Part shown: one piece after another, positions 61,699 through 64,000 of the stretch
How positions within the stretch are numbered: the stretch's first letter is position 1
Layout of the letters: each line of letters opens with the position of its first letter
The notes under the pieces: generated by a model
Databases searched by the model: none
What the model was told of the DNA's origin: nothing
What the model saw: the letters and a program-made list of their open reading frames with translations, nothing else
Program-made: the position numbers and the translations under genes
Assembly: GCA_050014195.1 (NCBI GenBank)
Contig: JBEKDT010000003.1
Span: 192,001 to 256,000 of the forward strand
Reading direction: 5' to 3'
DNA length: 64,000 nucleotides
DNA from: Desulfomonilia bacterium
Lineage (GTDB): Bacteria; Desulfobacterota; Desulfomonilia; UBA1062

Positions 61699-61769
61699 CC
61701 TTTTAGATCTCCTCGGTTTTATTGTAGTATGAAATAGCTCAAGGGGAATGAGAATGCAAGTTAAAATAA

Positions 61770-61779
61770 CGAGCGCTCG
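61770..61779. promoter_or_regulatory. Palindromic candidate TetR-family operator
   Basis: CGAGCGCTCG perfect palindrome in an AT-rich context between divergent genes. Confidence 0.4.
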
Positions 61780-61791
61780 CTCTTTAATTCC

Positions 61792-61820
61792 TTGACAAAG
61801 ATTCTCCCTCTTGCTATCGT
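61792..61820 (+). promoter_or_regulatory. Sigma70-type promoter
   Basis: TTGACA-17 bp-TATCGT with extended -10 TG. Confidence 0.65.
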
Positions 61821-61826
61821 TTCGGT

Positions 61827-62537
61827 ATGAGCATGATTTATCTGATCCGCCACGGCCAGGCATCCTTTGGTCATGACAACTACGACAGGCTTTCTCCCCT
61901 TGGCATCAGGCAGGCCCGTATCCTGGCCCGACACCTCTTCGATACCGGCTTTCAACCCGATGCGGTTTATTCAGGGACCATGGCCCGCCAAAAGGATACG
62001 GCAGAAGAGATGCTTGCCATCTACCGGTCAGGTGGTGGAAATCTGCCGGAACCGGAACAAGTGGGTGGTTTCAACGAGTATGATACCACCGCCATTGTGA
62101 CCGCCATGTTTCCTTTTATGGTCAATGATGACCCATCTTTAAACGAGGAGCTGCCGAAGATGTATGCCAGCAAGGCATCATTCAAGAGGGTCTTCGAGAC
62201 TGCCATGCTCAGGTGGGTAACCGGGAAATTTGACACATCTGAGATAGAGAGCTGGAAAGAACTCAAGGCCCGTGTTGGTGAGTCCCTGAAAGCCGTCATG
62301 GCCAGGCACGGTAAGGGCAAGACAATCGCGATTTTTACCTCGGGCGGCGCGATTGCCGCATCGCTGGCCTATGTGCTTGGCATCCCCGGTGATTATGCCA
62401 TGAGGCTGAACTGGCAGATCATCAATACCTCGATATCGCGTTATATGTATAACGAAGAAAGGATCACCCTGGCGGGGTTCAATTCCATTGCCCATCTTGA
62501 GCTCACCCGTGATCCAGCACTCATCACCTACCGGTGA
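61827..62537 (+). CDS. Histidine phosphatase (phosphoglycerate mutase) family protein
   Basis: LIRHGQASFG, YD.LS, FNEY, TSGG, FNS..HL. Confidence 0.9.
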   Translation: MSMIYLIRHGQASFGHDNYDRLSPLGIRQARILARHLFDTGFQPDAVYSGTMARQKDTAEEMLAIYRSGGGNLPEPEQVGGFNEYDTTAIVTAMFPFMVNDDPSLNEELPKMYASKASFKRVFETAMLRWVTGKFDTSEIESWKELKARVGESLKAVMARHGKGKTIAIFTSGGAIAASLAYVLGIPGDYAMRLNWQIINTSISRYMYNEERITLAGFNSIAHLELTRDPALITYR

Positions 62538-62565
62538 TGAATTAAACTTATAAAGGAGTGCGCCC

Positions 62566-63774
62566 ATGGATTTCGAAGTCCCGGATAAGATAAAGGCCAT
62601 AACAGGCATGATGGACGAGTTTGTGGACAAGGAGCTTATCCCTCTGGAACCGGAGTTTCTCCATAAGACCTTCAGGGAGATGCTGCCGGTGCTCAATCAA
62701 AAGAGGGAGATGGTTAAAAAGATGGAGCTCTGGGCCCCGAACCATCCGAAAGAGTACGGTGGAATGGGGCTTGACCTCGTGGAGCATGCCTTTGTCTCCG
62801 AGTCGCTCGGCAGAAGCCCGATCGGGCACTTTGTCTTCAATTGCCAGGCCCCGGATGCAGGAAACATCGAGATCCTCCACCTGCACGGATCTAAGGAGCA
62901 GAAAGAGAAATATTTAAGGCCGCTGATCGAGGGCAAGATCAGGAGCTGTTTTTCCATGACCGAGGTGGAGATGCCCGGCTCCAACCCCGTGATGATGGAC
63001 ACTACTGCAGTCAAGGACGGGGATGACTATATCATCAATGGACAGAAGTGGTACTCCACTGCTGCCGACGGCTCAGCCTTCTCCATAGTCATGGCTGTGA
63101 CCAACCCGGAAGCCCCTGCGTACATGCAGGCGAGCATGATTATCGTGCCGACGGATACCAAGGGGTTCAATCTGGTCAGGAATATCCCGGTCATGGGACA
63201 TGCGGGTGATGATTATGCCTCCCACGGCGAGATCCTGTTCCAGTCGTGCCGTGTCCCGCAGAAGAACCTCCTGGGACCGGAAGGTTACGGCTTCATCATT
63301 GCCCAGGAGCGCCTTGGCCCCGGCCGAATCCATCACTGCATGCGATGGATCGGCATCTGCAACCGTGCATTTGACCTCATGTGCTCCCGGGCACAAAAAC
63401 GCATCATCCAGCCCGACGGCAAGACTCTGGCAACCAAGCAGATCATCCAGGCATGGATTGCCGAGTGTGCGGCAAATATCCAGGCCGCCCGCCTCATGAC
63501 GCTCAATGCCGCATGGAAGATAGATAAGCTCGGCGCAAAGGCAGCCCGCTATGATGTGTCTTTCATTAAATTCTTCGTGGCGAATGTCATGCAGGAGGTC
63601 ATCGACAAGGCCTTGCAGGTTCACGGCGGCATGGGCATGACGGATGACACCATCATCGCATATTTCTACCGCCATGAGCGCGCTGCCCGCATCTATGACG
63701 GTGCGGATGAGGTCCACAAGATGTCCGTGGCCAAGAGGATCCTCAGGGATTATGAGGGAAAGACTGTCCGTTAG
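62566..63774 (+). CDS. Acyl-CoA dehydrogenase (ACAD10/11-like)
   Basis: NCQAPDAGN.E.L, SCFSMTE, QERLGPGRIHHCMR, RIYDGADEVH. Confidence 0.93.
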   Translation: MDFEVPDKIKAITGMMDEFVDKELIPLEPEFLHKTFREMLPVLNQKREMVKKMELWAPNHPKEYGGMGLDLVEHAFVSESLGRSPIGHFVFNCQAPDAGNIEILHLHGSKEQKEKYLRPLIEGKIRSCFSMTEVEMPGSNPVMMDTTAVKDGDDYIINGQKWYSTAADGSAFSIVMAVTNPEAPAYMQASMIIVPTDTKGFNLVRNIPVMGHAGDDYASHGEILFQSCRVPQKNLLGPEGYGFIIAQERLGPGRIHHCMRWIGICNRAFDLMCSRAQKRIIQPDGKTLATKQIIQAWIAECAANIQAARLMTLNAAWKIDKLGAKAARYDVSFIKFFVANVMQEVIDKALQVHGGMGMTDDTIIAYFYRHERAARIYDGADEVHKMSVAKRILRDYEGKTVR

Positions 63775-64000
63775 ATGGAAAAAGATCTGAAGTTTGATGC
63801 ATTCAAAGATGTTCTCTCTTTAACCATGGAGGACATGTCCCGGGAGCTCTTCCAGGGCAACAGGGAAACCATCAAGATCAAGAAGGAAGGGGTGGCGGTC
63901 AAGAACCTCGTCAAGATACTGAATGCAGCCCTGAATCTGAGTAACGAAAAGGGCTTTGCAGCCATGAGCCTGAGGGATTTGAGTGCAGCGGCGGGCTTAA
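63775..64000 (+). CDS. TetR-family regulator, N-terminal part (runs off the window)
   Basis: Own translation from ATG 63775: ...KILNAALNLSNEKGFAAMSLRDLSAAAGL, the start of a TetR HTH; not in the ORF track because it has no stop. Confidence 0.8.
   Translation, partial: MEKDLKFDAFKDVLSLTMEDMSRELFQGNRETIKIKKEGVAVKNLVKILNAALNLSNEKGFAAMSLRDLSAAAGL

Overview
A 64 kb, probably origin-proximal chromosomal region of an anaerobic bacterium; gene content suggests Desulfobacterota/Syntrophales-like, which is an inference. Most of it is housekeeping: partial tRNA-Gly, yjbQ-tatD-suhB, parS-parA-parB-dnaN-gyrB-gyrA (with no dnaA or recF in the block), purL/purQ, dksA, moeA, rho-rpmE-prfA-prmC-murA-hisD, a probable CC-adding enzyme, yggT-divIVA-yggU, smc, moaA, a split metH, ccdA/tlpA, perR-rubrerythrin, etfBA and acyl-CoA dehydrogenases. 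The standout is a small accessory island after gyrA (about 10.7-14.9 kb). Two AT-rich genes, a PD-(D/E)xK-like nuclease and a TIR-domain protein, carry integron-cassette signatures (attI-like site, matching core sites, collapsed attC) but no integrase is present. They are bracketed by two diverged, inverted copies of a highly structured ~190-nt non-coding element. Three copies of a 75-77-nt four-hairpin mini-element are inserted into those flanks, each with its empty site visible in the other flank. All protein calls come from motif recognition by eye; no database searches were run.
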